The translations under genes were made by a program, and so were the position numbers. Shown here piece by piece: positions 53,904-63,133 of a DNA stretch of 64,000 bases (within the stretch, counting starts at the first letter, position 1; each line of letters opens with the position of its first letter). This stretch comes from Anaeromyxobacter sp. (GTDB taxonomy: Bacteria; Myxococcota; Myxococcia; Myxococcales; Anaeromyxobacteraceae). The stretch lies in the NCBI GenBank assembly GCA_049840735.1, contig JASGJN010000022.1, positions 224,001 to 288,000 on the forward strand, read 5' to 3'. Under the pieces are notes generated by a model. It did not search any database. It saw only the letters and a program-made list of their open reading frames with translations, and was not told the origin of the DNA.

Positions 53904-54714
53904 GTGTACCGCAAGCACTTCGGCCTCGGGCCGCCACCCCTTCGAGAAGGGCCTCGCTCCCGAGGATCTCTTCGCCTCCGCCGCAGCCAAGGAGCTCGAG
54001 GCGCGCCTTCGCCACCTCCTCGATCATGCGCGGCATCGGCCTCGTCACCGGCGAGCCCGGCTCCGGCAAGACCACCATCTGGCCGCAAGGTCGCCACCTC
54101 GCTCCACTCCGGCCTCCTACCGCGTCCTCTACGTGCCGCTCTCCACCGGCAACGTGACCGACATGTACAAGTCCATCGCCTGGGAGCTGGGCCTTGCCCA
54201 CCGAGCGCAGCCGCGCCGCGCTCTACAAGGTGATCAGGGGCGAGGTGACCCGGCTCTGCACCGAGACCAAGGTGCGCCCCGTCCTCATCGTCGACGAGGT
54301 CCCAGCACCTCCGCAGTGAGGTGCTCGAGGACCTCCGGCTGCTCACCAACTACGAGATGGACTCGAAGAACCGGCTCTGCCTGCTCCTCGTCGGCGCAGG
54401 CCAGAGACTGCGTCGCCGGGTGGGCATGGCCGTGGCACGAAGCCCTCTCCCCAGCGCATCGTCGTGCGCCACCACGTCGGCGGGCTCGGCCGCGATGAGC
54501 TCCCCGCCTACCTCGGCCACCTCCTCCGCCTGGCCGGTACCGAGCTGCCGATCTTCGAGCCGCCCGCGCTGGAGGCGATCCACCATGCGACCAGCGGCGC
54601 TGCCGCGCAAGGTGAACCTTCTCGCTCATCATGCCCTCATCGCCGCCGCCCTGGCCAAGGCCCAGGCCGTCACCGCCGAGCACGTCCAGGCGGCACTCCC
54701 GGAGAACCACATGA
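53904..54714 (+). pseudogene. ExeA/TnsC-like AAA ATPase, multiple frameshifts
   Basis: MYRKHFGL..PF, Walker A GEPGSGKTT, Walker B LIVDE, LEDLRLLTNYEMDS, PRKVN. Confidence 0.88.
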
Positions 54715-55108
54715 CCGCCTGCGGCGTCTGGCTCGGCCGGCGCGGCCTCGTCTGCGGTCCTCGTCGATGGCTGCGGCCGCGTCTGCTTCGCCGCCACAAT
54801 CCCTCGCACGCACGCCGGGCGCTGGGGTCTCGCCCAGCGCCTTGCCGCCGTCGGCGCCGACCTAGTCATCGACGAGGCGCATCTCCCGGCCGACCCCATC
54901 GCCTTTGCCGCCCGCCGCGCCGGCGTCCGCGTCTGGGTTGGCTGGCCCACCACTCGTCGGCTCGCTGCGAGCCGTCTCGGCCGCCGCTCGCGGTCCGCCG
55001 AAGACCTCTGCCGCACTGCTCGCGCGGCTCCCGTCCGTGCCCTGGCTACGCGCCCAACTGCGCCGCCTCAATCCCGCGGACGACCCTCGTCAGATTCAGT
55101 TGCTGTAA
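54711..55108 (+). pseudogene. Small IS110/RuvC-like protein with degenerate active site and C-terminal QIQLL; two frameshifts
   Basis: Reconstructed MTACGVWLGRRGLVAVLVDGCGRV...DLVIDEAH...AGVRVWVAGP...KTSAALLARL...RQIQLL*. Confidence 0.55.
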
Positions 55109-55282
55109 CCCCAGGCCCCGGCCGCCTACGGCGTCCGGGGCTTCTCCGTCTCCACCACCTTCCAGCTTCGACCACCGGAGGGCGCATTGTGAGAACGGCT
55201 CAATCTGAGCCGGGGGCGGAGAGCGACGAGCGGGTGGTGGGGAAGCGTGGGAGACAACAACGGCAAGCCGCTATCCCGCTCG

Positions 55283-55325
55283 CCCTTCGACTCCGCCGCT
55301 TCGCGGCTACGCTCAGGGCGAACGG
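55283..55325 (+). repeat. REP-like element with internal hairpin
   Basis: CCCTTCGACTCC-GCCGCTTCGCGGC-TACGCTCAGGGCGAACGG. Confidence 0.85.
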
Positions 55326-55346
55326 ACGGCGAACCGGGGCCTTAGA

Positions 55347-55373
55347 TGGAGCGGGAAAAGGGATTTGAACCCT
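55347..55373 (-). other. 3' fragment of tRNA-Gly (att-like remnant)
   Basis: Minus strand AGGGTTCAAATCCCTTTTCCCGCTCCA: T-arm, 3' acceptor strand, discriminator U and CCA typical of tRNA-Gly. Confidence 0.75.
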
Positions 55374-55528
55374 TCCTCATCCCCAGGACTCGCGTGACCA
55401 CCGTGATCGGTCGCGCGCCGCCGTTGCTTGGCAACGGCAAACGCTCACCCCTGCGTCCCCCGCGGCGCTGAAGCGCGAAAGGCCGGGCGCCCGCAGGCCC
55501 CGGCCCTCCGCTCACCGCTGGCGCTGGT

Positions 55529-56551
55529 CTAGTACCCCGCCGCCTTGATCAGCGCGTTGGCCTCGGCCGGGTGCGCTTTGCACTCCAGCAGCGCGTTGAG
55601 CATGAGCGGCGCGACGATGGTCGCGTCGGACTCGACCACGAACATGGGCGTGTCCTCGGTGAGCTTGTCCCAGGTGATCTTCTCGTTGGGGGTCGCGCCC
55701 GAGTAGGAGCCGTAGGACGTGGTGGAGTCGGAGATCTGGCAGAAGTAGGCCCAGGGCTTCACCGGCTCCTGCAGGTCGTACTTGATGGACGGGACCACGC
55801 AGATGGGGAAGTCGCCGGCGATGCCGCCGCCGATCTGGAAGAAGCCCACGCCCTTGCCCGACGACAGCTCGCGGTACTGGTCGTACAGCTCGGCCATGTA
55901 CTCGATGCCGGACTTGACGATGGACGCCTTGCACTCGCCGGTCTTCACGTGCGACGCGAAGATGTTGCCGAAGGTGGAGTCCTCGTGGCCGGGGACCACG
56001 ATGGGCAGCCTGGCGCGCGCGGCGGCCAGCAGCCAGCACTGCTCCGGGTCGCCCTCGTAGGTCTTGGGGTCGATGGCCTGGATCAGCTCGTAGAAGTACT
56101 CGTGCCAGAAGCGGCGGGCGCCCGACGCGGTGGCCTCCGTCCACATGGGGACGATGTGCTTCTCCACCGCGCGGAACGCCTCGTCCTCCGGGATGGAGGT
56201 GTCGGTCACGCGGCGCATCCGCTGCTCGAGGATCTTCGTGTCGTCGGACTTGGTGAAGTAGCGGTAGTCCGGGAAGTCCTTGTAGCCGTGGTGGGCCACC
56301 AGGCGGAAGAGCGACTCCTCCAGGTTGGCGCCGGTCACCGACATGCCGTGGATGAGCCCGGCGCGGATGGCGGGCGCCAGCGTGATGCCGAGCTGGGCCG
56401 ACGACATGGCGCCGGCGACCGCCCAGAACATGCGCCCGCCGCCCTCGACGTGGCGCCAGTAGGCGATGGTGGCGTCGCGCGTGGCGCGCGCGTTGAAGTT
56501 CCGGAAGTTGCCGAGGATGAACTGGAGGATGGGCAGGTTCGTCTGGGCCAT
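55529..56551 (-). CDS. Deoxyhypusine synthase-like protein (possible homospermidine synthase)
   Basis: AGAMSS, TGANLEE, QIGGGIAGDF, SYSGATPNEKITWDK, ESDATIVAPL. Confidence 0.88.
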   Translation of the reverse strand: MAQTNLPILQFILGNFRNFNARATRDATIAYWRHVEGGGRMFWAVAGAMSSAQLGITLAPAIRAGLIHGMSVTGANLEESLFRLVAHHGYKDFPDYRYFTKSDDTKILEQRMRRVTDTSIPEDEAFRAVEKHIVPMWTEATASGARRFWHEYFYELIQAIDPKTYEGDPEQCWLLAAARARLPIVVPGHEDSTFGNIFASHVKTGECKASIVKSGIEYMAELYDQYRELSSGKGVGFFQIGGGIAGDFPICVVPSIKYDLQEPVKPWAYFCQISDSTTSYGSYSGATPNEKITWDKLTEDTPMFVVESDATIVAPLMLNALLECKAHPAEANALIKAAGY

Positions 56552-56672
56552 GGCGGGGTCTTCTAGCATGGCCTGACGTCCGTGCGATCCCCCGTTTCCA
56601 GGGGCCAGGCCCACGCCGGGCCGTTGCCTGGGCGGCCCTGGCCCGCCCGCGGTAGACTCGCGCCAGGCCACC

Positions 56673-59600
56673 GTGCCCGCGCCCGCGCCAGACGCCCCCG
56701 CCTCTCCCGCCCCGCCGCCCGCCGGCGCCCTCGGGCTGCGTCTGGCCCGCGGGGCGCTCCCGCGCTGGGCGGCGCCGGCGCTGGTCGGGACGGGGGTCTT
56801 CCTGGGCGCCCGCCTCGGCTACGCGCTGCTGCTCCCGGGCGGCGTGGCGGCGCTCTGGCCGGCCAACTCCGTCCTGCTGACGGGGCTGCTGCGCCTCCCG
56901 CGCCGCCGCTGGCCGGGGCTGCTGCTGGCCGCCGCGGCTGGGCAGTGCCTCGCCGCGGTGGGCGCGCACACCACCCTGGAAACGGCCGCGCTGCTGGCGC
57001 TCGTGAACGGGGGCGAGAGCCTGCTCGCGGCGTCGATCCTGCGGCGGTTCGCGGGCGGCACGCGGATCGAGGCGCCGATGCGCCTGGTGCGGCTGCTGCT
57101 CGTGGCGGGGCTGGTCCCGCTCGTGTCCGGCCTGCCCGGCGCAGCGGTGCTGGCCGCGGGCGGCGCCGCCGGCCCTTTCTGGCGAGGGTGGCTGCAGTGG
57201 TCGTTCTCCGGGGCCACCGGCGCGGTGACGCTCACCCCGGCGCTGGTGCTGGCCACCGGGCCCCACCGCGTGCGGATGTGGCGTTCGCTGCGCGCGCGCT
57301 GGCCGGAGGCGCTGATCCTGGGCGTCGCGCTGGCGCTCTGCACCTGGGCCGGGCTCGAGTCGGGCGTGCTGGGGCCGCACGCGCAGCTGGCGATGGCCGC
57401 ACTGCCGGTGCCGGCGCTGCTCTGGGCCGCCTCGCGCTTCGGCCTGCGCGGCACCGCCTTCGCGTGTGCGGCCTATGCCCTGCTGGCGAGCGGGCTCTCC
57501 ACGGCTGGCGTCGGGGCCCTGGTCGCGGGCGGGCTGCTGGCCGGGTTCTGGTTCCAGGGATTGCTGCTCATGGTCACGCTGCCGCAGCTGGTGCTGGGCG
57601 CGACCACCAGCGCCCGGGACCGCGCCGCCCAGGCCCTGGCCGCGGCCCGCCGGCGCCTGGACCGCGACGTGCGGCTGCGCACCGCCGAGCTGGCCGAGAA
57701 GGTGGAGCAGCTCCGCCGGACGCATGAGCAGCAGGACGCGCTGCTGCGCACCATGGTGAGCGGCGTGGTGACCGTGGCCCCGGACGGTCGGATCACCTTC
57801 GCCAACCGGGCCGCGGAGGAGATCCTGGAGCTGCGGCGCGACGCGCTGCTGGAGCGCCGCTACGAGGATCGGGCCTTCCGCCAGGTGGATGAGCACGGCG
57901 AGGCCCTGCCGCCCCACCGGCTGCCGCTGGCCCGGGCACTGGCCGAGCGGCGGGAGGTGCGCGGCGCCGAGCACGGCGTGGTGCGCGACGACGGGACCGT
58001 CACCTGGCTCTTCGTGAACGCCGCGCCGCTCCGCGATGACGGCGGCGCGCTCCTCGGCGCGGTGGCCAGCTTCAGCGACGTCACCGCCCGCTGGAAGGCG
58101 CAGCAGGAGATCGTGCGCTCGCGCGACCTGGCCGAGCTGGCGCAGCGCCAGGCGGACGCCGCCGGCCGCGCCACCTCCGAGCTGCTGGTCCGGCTGGCGC
58201 ACGACCTCCGGTCGCCGCTCTCGGTGATCCTCAACTACGCCCAGGTGCTGGAGCAGGCCGCGCAGCTCACGCCGCGCGAGGGCAAGGCCGCCCGGGCCAT
58301 CCACCTGGCGGGCGTGCAGCTGTCGCAGCTCTTGGAGGACGCGCTGGACCTGGCGCGGGTGGAGGCCGGGCAGGCGGAGCTCACGCCGGAGCCGGCCGGC
58401 GTCGAGGAGCTGGTGGCCGGGGCGCTGGCGCGGCCGGCGGAGCTGGCCCGCGCGCGCGGTGTGGCGCTGGAGCGCCGGATCGAGCCGGGCGTGCCGGCGG
58501 CGTGGCGGGTGGACCGGCGCCGCTTCGGTCGCGTCCTCGAGCACCTGGTGCAGCAGGCCCTGCGGAGCGACGCGGTCGGCCCGGTGGAGGTCAGGCTCGC
58601 GCCCAGCCGGGCGCCGGGCGTGGTGCGCGTCGCGGTGGTGGACGCCGGGGAGCACGTCCCGCCCCCGGGCTGCCGGCGGCGCGCCGCCTGGAGGGCGGCG
58701 GGCTGGGCCTCACCATCGCCCGCCGGCTCTGCGCGCTGATGGGGGGCGAGCTGCACCTGCAGGCCGCGCCCGCCGGCGGCGCGGGCTTCTGGTTCGAGCT
58801 GCCCGCGGAGCAGGCCATGCCCGCCCCGGCGCCTCCGCCAGCGCCGGCGCCCACCGCCGCCGTGGTGGCCCCGGAGCCGCCGACCGCGCCCGCCCCGGCC
58901 GCGCGCGACGGGCTGCGCGGGCGGGTGCTGGTGGTGGACGACAAGCTGGGCAACCGCGAGGTGCTGGCCGACATCCTGCGCGACGCGGGCTTCGAGGTGA
59001 GGCTGGCCGACGGCGGCGACGAGGCGCTGCAGCAGCTGCAGGGCGAGGCCGCGCCGGACCTGGTGCTGCTGGACGTGATGATGCCGGGGCTGGACGGGTT
59101 CGAGGCCTGCCGGCGCATCCGCGCGCTGCCCCGGGCCGCCGGCGTGCCGGTGGTCTTCATGACCGGCCTCTCCGACCCGGCCTCGAAGCTCCAGGGGTTC
59201 GAGGCCGGCGGCGTGGACTACGTCACCAAGCCCTTCGACGCCCGCGAGCTGGTGGCGCGGGTGGCGGCCCACGTCTCGCTGCGGCGCCTGGAGCGCGAGC
59301 TGGAGTCGCGCAACGCCGAGCTGCGCGGGTCGCGCGAGGAGCTGCGGGCCCTGGCCGCGCGCGCCGACGCGGTGCGCGAGGAGGAGAAGATCCGGCTGGC
59401 GCGCGACCTCCACGACGACATGGCCCAGCTCCTCACGGCGCTCAAGTTCGACCTGCAGTGGATTCGAGGACCGCCCGGCCGACCAGGCCGGCGTGGTGGA
59501 CCACGCCGTGGCCGCGGCCGAGCTGGTGGACGAGGTGCTGCGCAAGGTGCGGCGCGTCTCGACCGAGCTGCGGCCTGTGCTCGACCACCTCGGCCTGGCC

Positions 59601-60002
59601 GCGGCGCTGCAGCACGAGGTGCGGCTCTTCGGGGAGCGGCACGCCCTCCGCTGCGAGCTGGACCTGCCGCCGTCGCTCCCCGCCGTCTCCGCCGAGGCGG
59701 CCACCGCGGTCTACCGCATCTGCCAGGAGGCGCTGACCAACGTGGCGCGCCACGCCGGCGCCGCGTCGGTGCGCGTCAGCCTGCGCGCCGAGCAGGGCGC
59801 GCTGGCGCTGCGCGTCGAGGACGACGGGCGCGGGATCGCGCCGCGCCAGGGCGCGCCCTCCGGCCTCGGGCTGGTGGGCATGCGCGAGCGCGCGGAGCGG
59901 CTGGGCGGGAAGCTCTTGGTGGCGCCGCGCGAGGGCGGAGGCACGGCGGTCGCCGCCCAGCTGCCCATCGAGCCCTCGCCCGCTGTCCCGCCTTCGGCCT
60001 GA
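56673..60002 (+). CDS. Hybrid sensor kinase MASE1-PAS-HisKA-HATPase-REC-HisKA_3-HATPase, frameshifts near 58662 and 59463
   Basis: LWPAN (MASE1), FANRAAE (PAS), AHDLRSPL, GGGLGL, VLVVDD..LLDVMMP..TKPF, LARDLHD, QEALTNVARHA, DDGRG, GLGLVGMRERA. Confidence 0.8.
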
Positions 60003-60015
60003 GCCCCTCGAAGGG
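59992..60015 (-). repeat. Degenerate REP-like copy overlapping the kinase stop codon
   Basis: CTTCGGCCTGAGCCCCTCGAAGGG. Confidence 0.5.
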
Positions 60016-60098
60016 TCGGAGAGGCCCCGCTGGGTCAGACGCCGCCCTCTTTCGGTCCCCACGAGGGCTGTGCCACGATGCGCAGCCGGAGGGCTGGC

Positions 60099-61538
60099 AT
60101 GAGGCAATTCTTCGCTGCGATCACGGGAAACCTGTTCGGGCTGGCTGGCGCCGTCTTCACCACCATCTCGGCGGTGCTGATCCTGACGCTCTTCCTGCTG
60201 TCGCTGCTCGGCTTCGACGGCGGTCCGTACCTGGGCATCCTCGCCTACCTGGTCCTCCCCGGCGTCTTCGTCTTCGGCCTGCTGCTCATCCCCCTGGGCC
60301 TCTGGCGGCAGCGGCGGCTGGAGGCGCGCGCGCGGGCCTCCGGGCAGCCGGTCATCTCCGGCGCGCTGCCCGTGATCGACTTCAACCGGCCGCGCGTCCG
60401 CAACACGGCGCTGATCGTGGCCGGCCTCACGGTGGTGAACCTGGTGGTGATCTCCATCGCCACCGTCGAGGGCGTGCACCTGATGGAGACCCCGCAGTTC
60501 TGCGGGTCCTGCCACTCGGTGATGGCGCCGGAGTTCGCCGCCTACCAGCGCTCGCCCCACGCCCGCGTCTCCTGCGTCGAGTGCCACATCGGCCCGGGCG
60601 CGCCCTGGTTCGTGAAGTCCAAGCTCTCCGGCGCCTGGCAGGTGGTCTCGGTCAACCTCGACCTCTACCCGCGCCCCATCCCCACGCCGGTCCACAACCT
60701 GCGCCCGGCGCGCGACACCTGCGAGCAGTGCCACTGGCCGGAGCGGTTCGTGGGCGACCGGCTCATCGTGCGCACCTCCCACGCCGACGACGCGGAGAGC
60801 TCGCCGCGCAAGACCGTGCTGCTCATGCACATCGGCACCGGCGAGAAGCAGCGCATGAGCGGGATCCACTGGCACGTCGGCCCCGGGGTCCAGGTCCGCT
60901 ACAAGGCCGACGCCAGCCGGCAGAAGATCGGCGACATCGAGCTCACCCTGCCCGACGGCACGCACCGCACCTACCGCGCCACCGACCCGGCCAGCGATCC
61001 CGGCCCGGCCGCCGAGTGGCGGACCATGGACTGCATCGACTGCCACAACCGGCCCACCCACCGCTTCGGCACGCCGGAGGGCGAGGTCGACGCCGCGCTC
61101 ACGGCGGGCAAGCTCGACCCGGCGCTGCCGTTCCTGCGCCGCGAGGGCGTGCGGCTCATCAAGGCCGAGTACCCTTCGCAGGAGGCTGGCCGGGCCGGCA
61201 TCCGCGACGGCCTGCGCACCTTCTACGCGGGCTGGGCCGCGTCGGAGGAGGGCAAGGCCTCCGGCAAGCCCGCGCCGGACGCGGCCGCGGTGGACGCCGC
61301 CGCCGCCACGCTGGGCGAGCTGTACGCGCTCAACGTGTGGCCGCAGATGAAGATCACCTGGGGCACCTACCCGACCTTCCTCGGCCACGACCAGTCGCCG
61401 GGCTGCTTCCGCTGCCACGACGAGGCGCACGAGACCGAGGGGAAGAAGACCATCTCCCAGGACTGCGATCTCTGCCACTCGCTGCTGGCCGACAGCGAGA
61501 AGGACCCCGCCATCCTGAAGCGGCTGTACCAGCAGTGA
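60099..61538 (+). CDS. Membrane-anchored NapC/NirT-type multiheme cytochrome c (6 CxxCH)
   Basis: Three N-terminal TM helices; CGSCH, CVECH, CEQCH, CIDCH, CFRCH, CDLCH. Confidence 0.9.
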   Translation: MRQFFAAITGNLFGLAGAVFTTISAVLILTLFLLSLLGFDGGPYLGILAYLVLPGVFVFGLLLIPLGLWRQRRLEARARASGQPVISGALPVIDFNRPRVRNTALIVAGLTVVNLVVISIATVEGVHLMETPQFCGSCHSVMAPEFAAYQRSPHARVSCVECHIGPGAPWFVKSKLSGAWQVVSVNLDLYPRPIPTPVHNLRPARDTCEQCHWPERFVGDRLIVRTSHADDAESSPRKTVLLMHIGTGEKQRMSGIHWHVGPGVQVRYKADASRQKIGDIELTLPDGTHRTYRATDPASDPGPAAEWRTMDCIDCHNRPTHRFGTPEGEVDAALTAGKLDPALPFLRREGVRLIKAEYPSQEAGRAGIRDGLRTFYAGWAASEEGKASGKPAPDAAAVDAAAATLGELYALNVWPQMKITWGTYPTFLGHDQSPGCFRCHDEAHETEGKKTISQDCDLCHSLLADSEKDPAILKRLYQQ

Positions 61539-61547
61539 GCGGCGGGC

Positions 61548-61964
61548 CTACCGCGTCGCCACCCAGCGCCGGACCAGCAGCGCCGCCGCCGCGGCCGGCA
61601 CCGCCACGGCCAGCGCGCGGCGCGTGCGCTTGCCCCAGCTCTCGACCCGGTCGGCCAGGAGCAGCAGCAGCCAGTGGTTGGTGACGTGGTCCGGCAGCCG
61701 GTAGGCGGCGCGCCGGATGGCGCCGGAGAGGCCGCGCGGCGGCAGCGCGGTGGAGAAGACCGGCGGGAACGGCTTGTGCGCGCGCCCGTGCCTGGGGACG
61801 GCCGACCGGCCGCGCTGGCGGACGGGGTCCGGGCGCGAGTTGGGCCAGGGCTGCGGCGCGCGCTCCTTCGGATGGCCGGGGCGGTTGGCGCGGTCGAGGT
61901 CCACCGCCTCGAAGGGCGGCGTGCGGGGGGGCTGCTGCTCCGGCGCGGTGACGTTCGGGTCCAT
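61548..61964 (-). CDS. Hypothetical protein with C-terminal membrane anchor
   Basis: PVFSTALPPRGLSGAIRRAAY..HWLLLLLADRV; follows the dehydrogenase by 8 bp. Confidence 0.7.
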   Translation of the reverse strand: MDPNVTAPEQQPPRTPPFEAVDLDRANRPGHPKERAPQPWPNSRPDPVRQRGRSAVPRHGRAHKPFPPVFSTALPPRGLSGAIRRAAYRLPDHVTNHWLLLLLADRVESWGKRTRRALAVAVPAAAAALLVRRWVATR

Positions 61965-61972
61965 GTCGGCTC

Positions 61973-63133
61973 TCAGTGAAGGGTGGCCCGCTCGCCGTGC
62001 GGGAACAGCGCGACCTTGATGCAGCCGTCCTTCTTCTGCGCGAAGGTGTGGTAGCCCTCCGGCGCCCGCTCCAGCGGGAGCCGGTGGGTGAAGATGGGCT
62101 TGGGGTCGATCCGCCCGGCGCGGAGGTGCTCCATCAGGCGCGGCAGGTAGCGCTTCACCGGGCACTGGCCGGTGCGGATGGTCTGCTGCTTGTTCATGCA
62201 GGTGCCGAAGTCGAAGGCGGCGAAGGGCGGGCCGTACACGCCGATGATGGAGATGTTGCCGCCCTTGCGCGTGCCGTGGACGCACCAGTTGAAGGCCACC
62301 GGCGAGCCGCCCTCCAGCTTGCCGTAGATGCCCGCCGCGCGGTGCACGGCCGAGCCGGCCGCCTCGCACCCCACCGCGTCGATGGAGGCGTCGGCGCCGC
62401 GGTCGTCGGTCATGCCCTTGATGGCGGAGATGACGTCCACCTGGTCGAAGTCCAGGGTCTCCACCTGCGCCCAGCGGCGCGCGAACTCCAGCCGGTAGGG
62501 CACCCGGTCCACGGCGATGACGCGGCCGGCCCCCATCAGCCAGGCAGAGCGCATGGCGAAGAGCCCCACCGGCCCGGCGCCGAACACCACCACGGTCTCG
62601 CCGCCCCTCAGGTCGCAGAGCTCCGCGCCGAAGTAGCCGGTGGCCAGCGCGTCCGCCAGCGGCAGCGCGGAGAGGTCGTCGATGTCGTCGGGGAGCTTCT
62701 CGGCGTCCACGGCCACGAACGGTGCGCGCACGTACTCCGCCTGCCCGCCCTCGTAGCCGCCGGTGAGGTGGCTGTAGCCATAGACGCCGCAGGCCGCGTC
62801 GGTGCCGGGGTTGGTGTTCTCGCAGCTCGAGGTCAGGCCGCGCTGGCAGTAGAAGCAGGAGCCGCAGAAGATGGGGAAGGGCAGCACCACCCGGTCGCCC
62901 ACCGCCAGGCCGGTGGCCTCCGGCCCGAGCGCCTCCACCACGCCGACGATCTCGTGGCCGAAGGTCTGGCCGATGCGCGTGTCCGGCACCAGCCCGTGCA
63001 GCAGGTGCAGGTCCGAGCCGCAGATGGCGGCGGCCGTGACCCGGACGATCCCGTCCTGCGGGTGCTCGATCCGGGGCTCAGGCTTCTGGCGCACCTTCAC
63101 GCGGAAGGGGCCGTCGTAGGTCAGCGCTCTCAT
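61973..63133 (-). CDS. Zinc-dependent alcohol/formaldehyde dehydrogenase family
   Basis: ICGSDLH, GHE, CGSCFYC..C, GGQAEYVR, GAGPVG. Confidence 0.92.
   Translation of the reverse strand: MRALTYDGPFRVKVRQKPEPRIEHPQDGIVRVTAAAICGSDLHLLHGLVPDTRIGQTFGHEIVGVVEALGPEATGLAVGDRVVLPFPIFCGSCFYCQRGLTSSCENTNPGTDAACGVYGYSHLTGGYEGGQAEYVRAPFVAVDAEKLPDDIDDLSALPLADALATGYFGAELCDLRGGETVVVFGAGPVGLFAMRSAWLMGAGRVIAVDRVPYRLEFARRWAQVETLDFDQVDVISAIKGMTDDRGADASIDAVGCEAAGSAVHRAAGIYGKLEGGSPVAFNWCVHGTRKGGNISIIGVYGPPFAAFDFGTCMNKQQTIRTGQCPVKRYLPRLMEHLRAGRIDPKPIFTHRLPLERAPEGYHTFAQKKDGCIKVALFPHGERATLH

Larger units (their letters stand above)
51720..55259 (+). mobile_element. Four-gene DDE/AAA transposon with TGT...ACA imperfect inverted ends
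   Basis: Left TGTCGGCTCCCGCG versus right reverse complement TGTTGTCTCCCACG; four co-oriented genes inside; no target-site duplication visible. Confidence 0.75.

Noticed and set aside
51710..55270. Target-site duplication around the transposon
   Set aside because: Left flank CGTAT and right flank ACGGC do not match at any nearby offset I tried
58502..61684. 1060-aa ORF spanning kinase and cytochrome
   Set aside because: Only about 58660-59463 is real coding sequence; the rest is off-frame
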